The position numbers and the translations under genes are program-made. From a virus (lineage: Duplodnaviria; Heunggongvirae; Uroviricota; Caudoviricetes): 64,000 nucleotides of DNA. The DNA lies in the IMG/VR virus record IMGVR_UViG_3300037418_000775, positions 28,636 through 92,635 of that record; one strand, 5' to 3'. Shown here piece after piece: positions 8,701-17,410 of the stretch (positions within the stretch are counted from its first letter, which is position 1; the number at the start of each line of letters is the position of its first letter). The notes below the pieces were generated by a model that made no database searches, had not been told where the DNA came from, and saw only the letters and a list, made by a program, of their open reading frames with translations.

Positions 8701-11392
8701 GCCCAAGGGTTCGACTGAGCGGGACGGGTGGTTGCGTACTGCGGATCAACTCACGCAGAAACTGATTGAGCAAAAGAACGCCTTCCAGGCCAACCGTGAT
8801 GCTGCAGCAGAAGCGGGCAGCACGATTCAGAACTCACTCCAGACCACGCTCGATACCTTCAACAAGAAACTTACGGGCGACTATAGCCGTGCCTCGAAGG
8901 ACAAGAACCTCCTCGGCCAGTTGAGCGACCTGAAGGGTCTGAATAACGACCTGTATGGGTTCGAGAATCAGTTGCGGAGCCTCTTGCCGTCCATCAAGGA
9001 CCCGGCGCTCAAGAACTTCATCCAACAATGGATTTCGGATGAGGATACGAAGCGCCTTGAGACCGTAACCCAGGATGTAGCCAACTTCAAGCAGCAACTC
9101 GACGGGATGAAGAACCTGGGCGAGGACATGAGTTCCAAGACCTGGGATTCGCTTGCTACCGTGACAGGTATGCCCCAGAACCAACTGGACTACTTCAAGA
9201 ACCTCCAGCAGATTCAGAAGCAGTACGTGGACTACGGGAAGCAGATTGACGACTACGCTACCAAGTTCCCGGATCAGGCGAAGGACCTACTGGCCCTTCG
9301 GGATTCCTGGTTCGAGGCGGCAACCGCAGCGGCTCAGTACGAGGAACACGTCAAGAAGATTCAGGACTCGGCTCTCTACCAGGCCGCGTCCTCGGCCTTC
9401 GACTCGATGGCATCCACGGCGTCTACAAGCCTCACGGCATCCCTCTTTGGGGATACCGCGAAGTCTGTCGGGATATCGAACATTGACCAGCAGATCAGCG
9501 GCATCGAACGTCTGAAGACCGAAGAGAACGATTGGTACCAGGCCCAGCAGTACCATACTGCAGTACAGGAGGCGGCTCACAAGTCCCGCCTTGAGCAGTA
9601 CGACCTGGAGATTCAGAAACTGCGCGAGAAAGCGCAGGCTGAGAAGGACGCCTTAGCCCATCCTCCGCTCCTGAAGAAGATCGCAGAAGACTTCTCCAAG
9701 AACGTCATGGATTCGATGTTCAAACAGATGGCGAACAGCGCCCTCAAGAAACTGTTCGGTCTGGATGAGAACAAGGAACTCGTCAAAGCCCTCGAAGACC
9801 AGGTAGCAAGTACGCAGAGCCAACTCGTGCCTGCGATGCAGTCCTATGACCTGACGACGCAAAATCTCAACAAGATCATGGTGAATTGGTCGAACTCGGT
9901 GGATAAACTTGACCAGGACGTAACTGCTCTGGCTCAAACTATTGCTACCGGGTCAATGGGCCAAGACCCTGCGAAAGCGGCGATAGCCCAAGCAGCCGCC
10001 TCGGGATTCTCCTTCTCGCAGTCTTCAAACGAGAACTTCAACTTCTCTACCACGCCTATAACCTCTATTGATCTTAAGTCTGGTGGTGCCTCTAGTGTCT
10101 TCTCCGGGATGCGCCCTGCTGACGCAGCCGGGGCTATCGCTCTTATGGGGCTCGCCGCTACAGGCGGCGGGTTTGGTCTGAGCAGCATTGGTGGTTCCTC
10201 TAACGTGCCGCAGGCCGTTAAGGTGATGAACGCTATCGCCACCGCAAAGGGTGGAGGTTCGAACATCATGGCAGCAGCGCAGTTGTTCAGCGCGTTCCAT
10301 GGGTTCGATGTGAACTCGTTCGACCAAAAATGGGCGAATACCGGAATCGGTGCTGGTAGCCCCTGGGCTTCGCTCGTTAAGGGAGGTAGCCATCATATAT
10401 CCGCAGGCGGTATTGCGGGTGCACTAATGGCCGCGTATGCGGGTTATGAGCAAGGTGGTCTCGCAGGCGCGAGCATGGGAGGTCTTGGCGTCGGACTTGA
10501 TGTCCTTGCCATGACCGGGAACCCTCTGCTTGCGGCAGGTGCCGGACTGGCCGACTTCGTCGGTACGTTGTTACTGGGGAATCACGACAACCCGGCCAAG
10601 ATGCCGGATAAGTACAATACAGCGTCCTGGGGTCAGGCTAACGCAAACCTGTGGGGTGCGGGCGTCGGTATCAATACCGGAAACCCGATGATCGCGAACG
10701 GTCAAACGTTCACGATGGATTCGCAACTCGCACAGATGACTGGCAACAAGGGCGAACTGCAATACATATCTGACTGGATTAAAGCGAATCCCACGCTGGC
10801 CGCGCAGGTGCTCTCTCCGACGCAACTCAAGGATTTCAGCAATCTCAACGATGCGAAGCCTATTCCGAGCGGTAAAGACGGCAACCTGACGCTTTCGAAC
10901 GGCATCACCATGAACTGGCAGGACCTGGCGAGTGCGGCAGATGCCGCTACGCAAGCCATCCTGAACTTTACGAACGCGGCGAACAGTTCTTCGCAAGGAC
11001 TCATCTCGCTCAATATGTTCGGGGCAACTTCGGCGTACTTCCCCTATGCGTGGGGAACGCCTGGGTTCGACGGCACGATTCCGCCGTCGCAGAACAACTA
11101 CCCCTACCCGGGTACCACGCCTCCGAGTACATCTCCTGGTGATAACCCACCGGGAACTGATCCTGGTAGTGGTGATCCTACAACCGGACCTGGGGGCCGC
11201 CCCATTCCGGTCAACCCGCGCGATAAGAACCTCGCCTACGCCTATCATACGTTTGGTGGAGCATCTGCGGCAACGCAAGAGGTCGTGGTTCATGCTACCC
11301 TGCCTGTCTCGATTGACGGGCGGCAGGCTACGCGGGTCATGCAATCCTATCAACTGCGGGCTACTGCCGCAGGTAATGCAAGGGTGGTCTAA
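5744..11392 (+). CDS. Tail tape measure protein
   Basis: 1882 aa; long coiled-coil-rich central region; Gly-rich hydrophobic segment near residue 1450; Pro-rich C-terminal region; positioned between the chaperones and the distal tail genes. Confidence 0.85.
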   Translation: MEVPVADESDVLISMALDLTKVREQVDTVKKMFKELNDGSVFNNLNRATGPMVTNIKNVRSELAGLRNDIVALNRIKFEINPSIKKSAEATTDLGVAASTAAAKVKTANKEIIASNTEVAESFRKVKSPILREALGGRMDYAAKGFGVQDQIKAGNRSVDVREWTRQLRSQAEYLSAQKVVNDLVAKEVGDRESIAEVQRQINAEAKEYADIQKTIKENNAFSAQEQVGNQLRAAQVIARDINRQGGIRAAATNLFNEADGAMSMEQALSHVRGLADEAEKYGFAIRRSTSFWDVQIQKFGQHLVQWTAWGAIMGTTFAVLEGISKTMSTIVKESSEFQVQSVMFGASQKAAQFVGDKSPLINSNAMLTDAIRLATQYGDHVNTVAQDLQLWTKQTNDYNAALALTNETLKFHLATGTQLEDVYRTITALQSQASSIPFSSGDSKGFTLADVPQLLQEITSESLVMGAGLHQVSEAGTEMGNSLNNSAILYLKALEQDAAALASLHYSVEDSIALNAALIQAFGNTGVAAEEAGDKLQRIVGGLERLSTSSGVAGLKKAGMSVQDINKYLFSGGDILEKFAKDWDKLGTPMQNYISLAIGGTRQTDAFHTVLEAYSRDIDKARKALQDKNAEDDLANQMAGTYQVQTQRLNAAWEGFSIVIGTMVMPAMTALIQYVTNTAIPEMESMIGLLALSGKFATMIPAANVAKAKELRPSADLLKNQKAVVAADKQLLASDSLESDIKRDQAKLQADQAYLNNLFALEANYQKIRGQAASQRAELSYYFGFSGNAIGTAPQNYVNRFGYTKAQWEKLGHSAKSFTATDPNLDLHKARVSGNLDILGQGIYAGWQGAMNPNQVFDAAAALEKYRDLAKKVHFPGPQAPPDASSTKGVAKDYQDYADAVRDGSAATALYIDRQKLAVMADESHIKVLQEKLKIEPQNLSLVKQIIATSDDRVKHLNEENAGINANILGLQGQINHAKDMANASPKGSTERDGWLRTADQLTQKLIEQKNAFQANRDAAAEAGSTIQNSLQTTLDTFNKKLTGDYSRASKDKNLLGQLSDLKGLNNDLYGFENQLRSLLPSIKDPALKNFIQQWISDEDTKRLETVTQDVANFKQQLDGMKNLGEDMSSKTWDSLATVTGMPQNQLDYFKNLQQIQKQYVDYGKQIDDYATKFPDQAKDLLALRDSWFEAATAAAQYEEHVKKIQDSALYQAASSAFDSMASTASTSLTASLFGDTAKSVGISNIDQQISGIERLKTEENDWYQAQQYHTAVQEAAHKSRLEQYDLEIQKLREKAQAEKDALAHPPLLKKIAEDFSKNVMDSMFKQMANSALKKLFGLDENKELVKALEDQVASTQSQLVPAMQSYDLTTQNLNKIMVNWSNSVDKLDQDVTALAQTIATGSMGQDPAKAAIAQAAASGFSFSQSSNENFNFSTTPITSIDLKSGGASSVFSGMRPADAAGAIALMGLAATGGGFGLSSIGGSSNVPQAVKVMNAIATAKGGGSNIMAAAQLFSAFHGFDVNSFDQKWANTGIGAGSPWASLVKGGSHHISAGGIAGALMAAYAGYEQGGLAGASMGGLGVGLDVLAMTGNPLLAAGAGLADFVGTLLLGNHDNPAKMPDKYNTASWGQANANLWGAGVGINTGNPMIANGQTFTMDSQLAQMTGNKGELQYISDWIKANPTLAAQVLSPTQLKDFSNLNDAKPIPSGKDGNLTLSNGITMNWQDLASAADAATQAILNFTNAANSSSQGLISLNMFGATSAYFPYAWGTPGFDGTIPPSQNNYPYPGTTPPSTSPGDNPPGTDPGSGDPTTGPGGRPIPVNPRDKNLAYAYHTFGGASAATQEVVVHATLPVSIDGRQATRVMQSYQLRATAAGNARVV

Positions 11393-12207
11393 TGTCTCTT
11401 AAATGGACTCCGTTGCCACAGCGGCAACTCGTTAAATTCTACGACCCTGCTAACCCTAGCACGTCGTACACTCCGCAGAATAACCCCGAGCAGATCATCC
11501 TGAAGCCAAACAACGTCCGCAAGTACGTTGAAACGACCAACGGTACCTCGGTCATCATGGGTGACCGAGAGTACCCACCTAAGGAGATTGCGCTGACCTG
11601 GAATACGCTGGACGCGGCAGACCTTGAAGGTATCCGCCCGTTCATCTACACGGCTCCTATCGTGTACGTGGACAACAACGACCAGGGCTATCTCGGAGTG
11701 CTGATTCTGGACGATGTTGAGCAACTACCCGGCAAGACGATGCTGATCTATACGGTCAAGGCCTCGTTCCTGGTGCTTGCACCATACAACGGCCAGAACA
11801 CCACGCTCAATCAGATTGCTGCTCCTACCCTTTCGGGAACGTGGTCAACGACGGGCGGGTACATCCCGCCCTCAACGACCCTATACTTCTGGACGACGGC
11901 CTTTACACCGTCTGGTGAATCGACCGTGTCCTCGGCGTTTGCTACCACGTCAGGGTCTGGAACGAGTACGAATCAGGTGGCGCTGACTTTCACCGCCCCT
12001 TCATCCTCGTGGTACCGCAAGACCCGTATCTACTGGAATACGACGAACGACCCCACGACCGCCACGCTTCTCACCGAGGTCCTGGCAGGCCAGAGCACGA
12101 CGTTCACCGCCTACGGACCCTACTACGCCTATTCTACCGTCAACCCTCCGACCTACGGAACAGCGTTTACGGGATACTTCGCGGGTGCGAAGTGGGTGCA
12201 ACAATAA
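11392..12207 (+). CDS. Distal tail protein (Dit-like)
   Basis: 271 aa, directly after the tape measure gene with overlapping TAATG; Thr-rich FN3-like C-terminal part. Confidence 0.5.
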   Translation: MSLKWTPLPQRQLVKFYDPANPSTSYTPQNNPEQIILKPNNVRKYVETTNGTSVIMGDREYPPKEIALTWNTLDAADLEGIRPFIYTAPIVYVDNNDQGYLGVLILDDVEQLPGKTMLIYTVKASFLVLAPYNGQNTTLNQIAAPTLSGTWSTTGGYIPPSTTLYFWTTAFTPSGESTVSSAFATTSGSGTSTNQVALTFTAPSSSWYRKTRIYWNTTNDPTTATLLTEVLAGQSTTFTAYGPYYAYSTVNPPTYGTAFTGYFAGAKWVQQ

Positions 12208-12225
12208 GACTAGGAAAGGACTCCC

Positions 12226-15200
12226 ATGTTACCTGTTAGCGCACAGATGGCCTCGATACTTCAGAGCGCCGTCCGAGCCCCTCGTGTCTATGTGCAGATG
12301 CAGATTCCAACGGTTTCGAACGCATCTCTTGGCACGATAGACCCGGCTAAACTCGGTGGGCAGTTAATCGTCACCGACGCTCTGGAACTTAGGCACACGG
12401 CTGTCTTAGACATCGGTGCTGACACGGTAGACCTGAAACTCAACAACCAGAGTGGGAACCTTTCGGCTATCAATCCTACGGCGTCTATGGGGCGATTCTT
12501 CTACCCCGGGGCGCTGGATAACAAGATGGCCGTCTTCATGGGCTTGGCGAAGGGCTCTGCTGAGAGCGTCGTCCCCAAGGGAGTCTTCATCGCGGAGAAC
12601 TTCCAGCAGCAGGGCGAGGGCGGCCTCAACTATGCTACCGTTAACGGTCTCGACCAATTCTCGATGTTCCGAGGTCAGGTCTACACGCAGTTCCCGCCGC
12701 GTCTGTACGGCGTACAGAACAGCGGCTACTACAACCCGAACTACGCCCTGAGCAATCCGAGCGGAGACCTCAAGACCTACGTCAGTGAGACCAAGATGTG
12801 GATGCAGAACGCATCGGATGCTCCGCTCTGGAAGAGTGACTTTGTCACGGTAGCGGTGTACTCGTCTGCCTATAGTAGCGGCACCACGCCTGTCCCGAAC
12901 AGCGGGAGCACGGCGTACACGATCAACTACAGCACGGGTACCGTGACATTCACCAATGCTCAGGGTGCTACGGACGTGATCTCGGTGGACGCCCGCCCGC
13001 TGGCGATGGCCCCGGAAGATATGCTGAAGCACCTCTTCGTGGATTTTGGTTCCTTCAGCCCGTCCTTCCTGAAGTTCGACAAGACGGGGATTTACCTGCC
13101 GATCCTGGAGGTCGCTCGCGACCGCAGCATCATTGACATCGCCAAAGAGATAACCTGGTGTACCGCTCCACGTGGTGTGCGTTGGCGGCTGTACTTCGAT
13201 GAGAATGGCTACCTGGTCTTCACCGAGGGAGCCATGGACGGCCCCCCGGTGAAAGTCCTTACGGACGAGCGCGACATCTTGCGTGTAGCCCCCGAGTTCG
13301 GTTCGCGGGATATCAAGAACGTCGTGCGGGCAACGGCCAGAGCCGCGAACGACCAGCAGTTGACGGCGATTGCCTACGACGTGCAATCCATCTCGACGTT
13401 CGGTCAGAAGCCGACGTACGACATTCCTACGCAGTTGCTGGCCACGGTCGGGGGAATGGACCCGGGGTCGGGGATTAACTACATGAACGGCCTCGTGAAC
13501 GCAGCCATCTTCGAACTCTCGATGCCTTCGATCACGGTGGAAGTGGACATCCTGCCGGATTATACCCTGCAGGTTGGTGACCCGGTAGCAGTTATCGAGA
13601 AGAAGACGGGCTTAGGTGGCAACGGGCTTATCAATAAAAACGTTGTGTCGAACTCCGAGACCTACACCTCCTGGACGAACTTCAACTTCACTCTTATCTC
13701 CGGTGCAGGCCCGGGCGGGTCTAGCGCCATGGTCCTGAACGGAACGGGTAACCCGCTAAGTGCCGCTGCTACAGTACGAACCAATGTCCCGGTAGTAGCA
13801 GGGCAAACGTATGTCTTCTCACAGTTTGTCGATCCTACATGGTCGCTTTCGCAAGAGAACGCAACCGTAGTAGGTATTGACTCGATTGGTCTGGATTGGG
13901 CCTCTTCCACGACGGTTAATACGAAGAACCTTCTGCCACAGGTGGACTCGCTCGACGCAGCAGTTTGGACTCCTAAAGGTTCGTCCGGTGGCTTAGGCTC
14001 GGGAGGCCCGAACGGTGTCACCGATTATGAAATTCCTGGCACGGGTTCGCCTTCGGGATTCTTGTTTCTTCAGTCTGCTCCGATCAACGTAACGCCGGGG
14101 CACACTTATGCCTTATCGTCATGGGCTGATGCTTCGCAGGTAACGTCTGGCGCTCCAAAGGCTATTCTTATGGACGTTGCCGTGTCCAGAGAGATAATCT
14201 CTAAGGCGATTACAGCAGGGAGCGGCCCTGGTAGGTACGCGACGGCAGCGTGGACCTGCCCGATCAATCTCGCGCCTCATTCAGACGATCTTGTAGGCTG
14301 GCCGAATGGAAACATGACGCTTGGGACAGGCGGTCCTGCGGGAGCGACGGACGCTGAGATCGTTGGCACAGGTTCCTCGCAAAGTACGGTAGTGTGTTCA
14401 TACGGTATTCCGGTCACGATGGGGAGTGCGTATGTTCCCTCATTTTGGATCGACCCGTCGCAAGTTATAGGTGGGGCTACGCAGCCGTTTATCTATGCAG
14501 TAGACATTACCGGATTCGGGTCTCTCGGAACAAACGTGAACGTCACGGCAGGCTCCGCAGCGAATCGCTACACTGGACCCGTCGTAACGATTCCTGTCAA
14601 CAAATGCCCTGAGCCGTATTCGACGTGGACGCTTACCGGATCAGCAAGTGCATCTACGATCTCAGGTAACTGGGGCTCAACCTATCAACGGCTGAGTTTC
14701 ACTACCGCGTCAGATTCTGCCACGTCCCCGCTTATTGCGGTGACTGCAGGCCAGCAGATTTGCCTTAGCGCGCAGATCACCGGGACAATCACAGCAGGCT
14801 CGGTTACGATAACCGCAGTTGACCAGAACGGGGCAACAATTCCCGGTCTGGCTTTATCTCAATCTACAGGTTCAAACAATCGGATACGTCAGCAAGGATT
14901 CTCTATCCCTGCGGGGGTGACCGGAATAAAGTTAATCGCAAGTGCGAATGGCGCCACGTTCACGGGAACGGTCAACGTACAGACGATTCAACTAACTTTC
15001 GCCGCAACTGACTCAGGCGGCGGATATGTCTCCGCGCAGAACCCGTATGTCTCTTTTGGCGTTGAAATCGTTAACCCGATTATCACCAGCGGACAGAAGT
15101 TCAAAGTTTCGCAACCGATGTTTGAGCAATCTTCATCGGCTTCGGGCTATTACATCTCGTCACAGAATCCAACAGTTCGAGTCATTCTCGATTCGTATAA

Positions 15201-17388
15201 CTGTACGATTGCGAATGGTCAAGTCCTGAAGTTCGCGCAGCCACAACTTGAAGCAGGCGCGGTAGCAACTTCTTACGTATCGCCTGCTCAAGCAGGGCGC
15301 TACGCTTCACCTGCAGTGACCATCCCGGTAAACTTAGCCCCCAATGCGTCGTCATTCAACTGGCCTGACGTAAACACTTCAGGGACCTCGAAGTTTGTGT
15401 CGGGTACTGGTGGCCCTAATGGCGCAACGGATTGGGAATACACCGGGACAGGTTCCAATCTTGCGAACAATCTCTACATTGACAGCGGCCCGATCAATGT
15501 CACGATGGGGCAAACCTACGTTGCCTCGATGTGGGTGGACCCGTCGCAGATCGCACAGGGGACCTTTGGATTCAACCTGTTTGATATTAACAACCAGGCG
15601 AGCAGCATACCTGACGGAACGGCGGGCGCTGTTATATCAATCGGAAACGGCGCAGCGAAGCGATACGCTACGCCTGCGTGGACGTGTCCGACGAACCTGG
15701 CTCCGCACTCGGATGATCTCGGAACCGGATGGAACATAACTGCACCGTGGACGGTTACTAGCGATGGGCTCAACGGGGTAAAAAGTTTTACCATCGTCGG
15801 AACAGGGTCTGCGGTAGGGGCGACGGATTCGGCCAACTATCACAACATCGCCTGTCAAGCAAACACCAACTACACGCTATCGTTTTGGATTGATCCATCC
15901 CACATCACCTCAGGAACGGTGGCGGTTCGCATCTGGGATGGGACCGGAACAACGTTACTGGCAACCACTCAGGTTTCGTCAGGGACGGCTAAGCGGTATA
16001 GCGTTACGGCAAACAGCGGCTCTAATACGTCGCTATTGATCGATGTCACGGCGACCTCAACGCTTGTCGTCGCCAGCGGTCAAAAACTCATCGCTTCACA
16101 GCCAATGCTCGAAGCGAAGTCATCTGCCTCTGGCTATTACATCAGCAGCCAGAACCCGCAGATCAAGATGTACGTATTCATCTGGAACGGGCAGAGTGGT
16201 GGATTCATCGTGAACAACGGGCAGAAACTGAAGTTTTCTCAGCCGATGTTCGAGCAGGCGTCAACGGCCTCTCCGTTATGGGTAGACGGCTCTAATCCGC
16301 AGATTACCGTCTACGGACAGCAGGTAGCCTGGGCAGGTGGCGCGGTAGCAAGCGGCAAGCAGTTGAAGTTCGCACAGCCTCAGTTAGAAGCCGCTTACGC
16401 AGCGACTTCCTACGTCCCGAGCAACGGCCTGATCACAGGCCCGGTCTGGAAGAACTTCTACATCCAACAGATTACGAACGAGGTCACGGGACCTCAGGCC
16501 AAGCAGACCCTGCGTCTGACCGAGGTCAAGTTCGTACAGGACTATATGTACGGGATTCAGGCGGCCATTGGGACGCCGTTGCCAGCCAACCCCTTAGCGG
16601 TCAATACCCAATCCGGCATGGTTCAGCAGGTAACCCTGCAGAACGGGTCGAATACTGCTGTCACGGTAGTAAGCAACGGACAGCCCGTCCTGGATAACTC
16701 CCTCAACCCGGTCGTCTTCAACTGGAATGGCGGAACGCTGAATATCGGAATCACGCTGGCTACCCCGCCATCCGGCGCACAGTACTACGTCTGGCGCTGG
16801 ATGTATATAGCCGAGGACGCCTATGCGATGGTCAGCGGGACCCCGACTCTGGCTACGGGTGATGGTTCTGCCGCCAAGGTCTGGGCTTCGGGCCAAGGCC
16901 TTGCGGCGGCGATTCAATCCTTCTTCGGAACGAACGCCTCGTACACGGCTCCCTACGACGCGACAGCGAACACCGATAGCACTCGGGCGCGGCGGTTCTA
17001 CTGGCCGCTTCTGCGATGCTCGGATTGGGTCACCAATGACGGCGTAACCGCCTATGGGGCCACGACGCTCTCCTCGTCCTGGACAGGTGGTGTTGGGGCT
17101 ACGAACTCTCCGGTGTATGGAAGCCTGCGCGTCGGGCTCACCGATGCGGTAGGCAATACCTCGGCGGGGTTCAAGGGCGTTCAACTCTATGCCGCAGGTT
17201 CCCCTGGGGCGACCAACATCGGGTCGTCCTCCACGGTCAAATACGGTGTGGACTTCGGGCTCTCTACGAGCACGACGTTGTTCGCAGGCATCAAACGCAA
17301 GGTCACGCCTTGTGTTCTCGGTATCCTCGTCGCCAATACTGCAGGCGGCGTTCAGTTCAAACGGATACCTTTCTTCCTCTCAATCTAG
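12226..17388 (+). CDS. Tail tip / tail-associated protein (Tal-like) with C-terminal repeated beta-sandwich modules
   Basis: 1720 aa; its position after the Dit-like gene supports the call. Internal repeats include GTGGPxGATDxE..GTGS, RYAxPAxTxPxNLAP and SGQKxKxSQPMxE, each 4-5 times. Confidence 0.6.
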   Translation: MLPVSAQMASILQSAVRAPRVYVQMQIPTVSNASLGTIDPAKLGGQLIVTDALELRHTAVLDIGADTVDLKLNNQSGNLSAINPTASMGRFFYPGALDNKMAVFMGLAKGSAESVVPKGVFIAENFQQQGEGGLNYATVNGLDQFSMFRGQVYTQFPPRLYGVQNSGYYNPNYALSNPSGDLKTYVSETKMWMQNASDAPLWKSDFVTVAVYSSAYSSGTTPVPNSGSTAYTINYSTGTVTFTNAQGATDVISVDARPLAMAPEDMLKHLFVDFGSFSPSFLKFDKTGIYLPILEVARDRSIIDIAKEITWCTAPRGVRWRLYFDENGYLVFTEGAMDGPPVKVLTDERDILRVAPEFGSRDIKNVVRATARAANDQQLTAIAYDVQSISTFGQKPTYDIPTQLLATVGGMDPGSGINYMNGLVNAAIFELSMPSITVEVDILPDYTLQVGDPVAVIEKKTGLGGNGLINKNVVSNSETYTSWTNFNFTLISGAGPGGSSAMVLNGTGNPLSAAATVRTNVPVVAGQTYVFSQFVDPTWSLSQENATVVGIDSIGLDWASSTTVNTKNLLPQVDSLDAAVWTPKGSSGGLGSGGPNGVTDYEIPGTGSPSGFLFLQSAPINVTPGHTYALSSWADASQVTSGAPKAILMDVAVSREIISKAITAGSGPGRYATAAWTCPINLAPHSDDLVGWPNGNMTLGTGGPAGATDAEIVGTGSSQSTVVCSYGIPVTMGSAYVPSFWIDPSQVIGGATQPFIYAVDITGFGSLGTNVNVTAGSAANRYTGPVVTIPVNKCPEPYSTWTLTGSASASTISGNWGSTYQRLSFTTASDSATSPLIAVTAGQQICLSAQITGTITAGSVTITAVDQNGATIPGLALSQSTGSNNRIRQQGFSIPAGVTGIKLIASANGATFTGTVNVQTIQLTFAATDSGGGYVSAQNPYVSFGVEIVNPIITSGQKFKVSQPMFEQSSSASGYYISSQNPTVRVILDSYNCTIANGQVLKFAQPQLEAGAVATSYVSPAQAGRYASPAVTIPVNLAPNASSFNWPDVNTSGTSKFVSGTGGPNGATDWEYTGTGSNLANNLYIDSGPINVTMGQTYVASMWVDPSQIAQGTFGFNLFDINNQASSIPDGTAGAVISIGNGAAKRYATPAWTCPTNLAPHSDDLGTGWNITAPWTVTSDGLNGVKSFTIVGTGSAVGATDSANYHNIACQANTNYTLSFWIDPSHITSGTVAVRIWDGTGTTLLATTQVSSGTAKRYSVTANSGSNTSLLIDVTATSTLVVASGQKLIASQPMLEAKSSASGYYISSQNPQIKMYVFIWNGQSGGFIVNNGQKLKFSQPMFEQASTASPLWVDGSNPQITVYGQQVAWAGGAVASGKQLKFAQPQLEAAYAATSYVPSNGLITGPVWKNFYIQQITNEVTGPQAKQTLRLTEVKFVQDYMYGIQAAIGTPLPANPLAVNTQSGMVQQVTLQNGSNTAVTVVSNGQPVLDNSLNPVVFNWNGGTLNIGITLATPPSGAQYYVWRWMYIAEDAYAMVSGTPTLATGDGSAAKVWASGQGLAAAIQSFFGTNASYTAPYDATANTDSTRARRFYWPLLRCSDWVTNDGVTAYGATTLSSSWTGGVGATNSPVYGSLRVGLTDAVGNTSAGFKGVQLYAAGSPGATNIGSSSTVKYGVDFGLSTSTTLFAGIKRKVTPCVLGILVANTAGGVQFKRIPFFLSI

Positions 17389-17410
17389 TAAAAGGTAGGT
17401 AAGGAATGTA

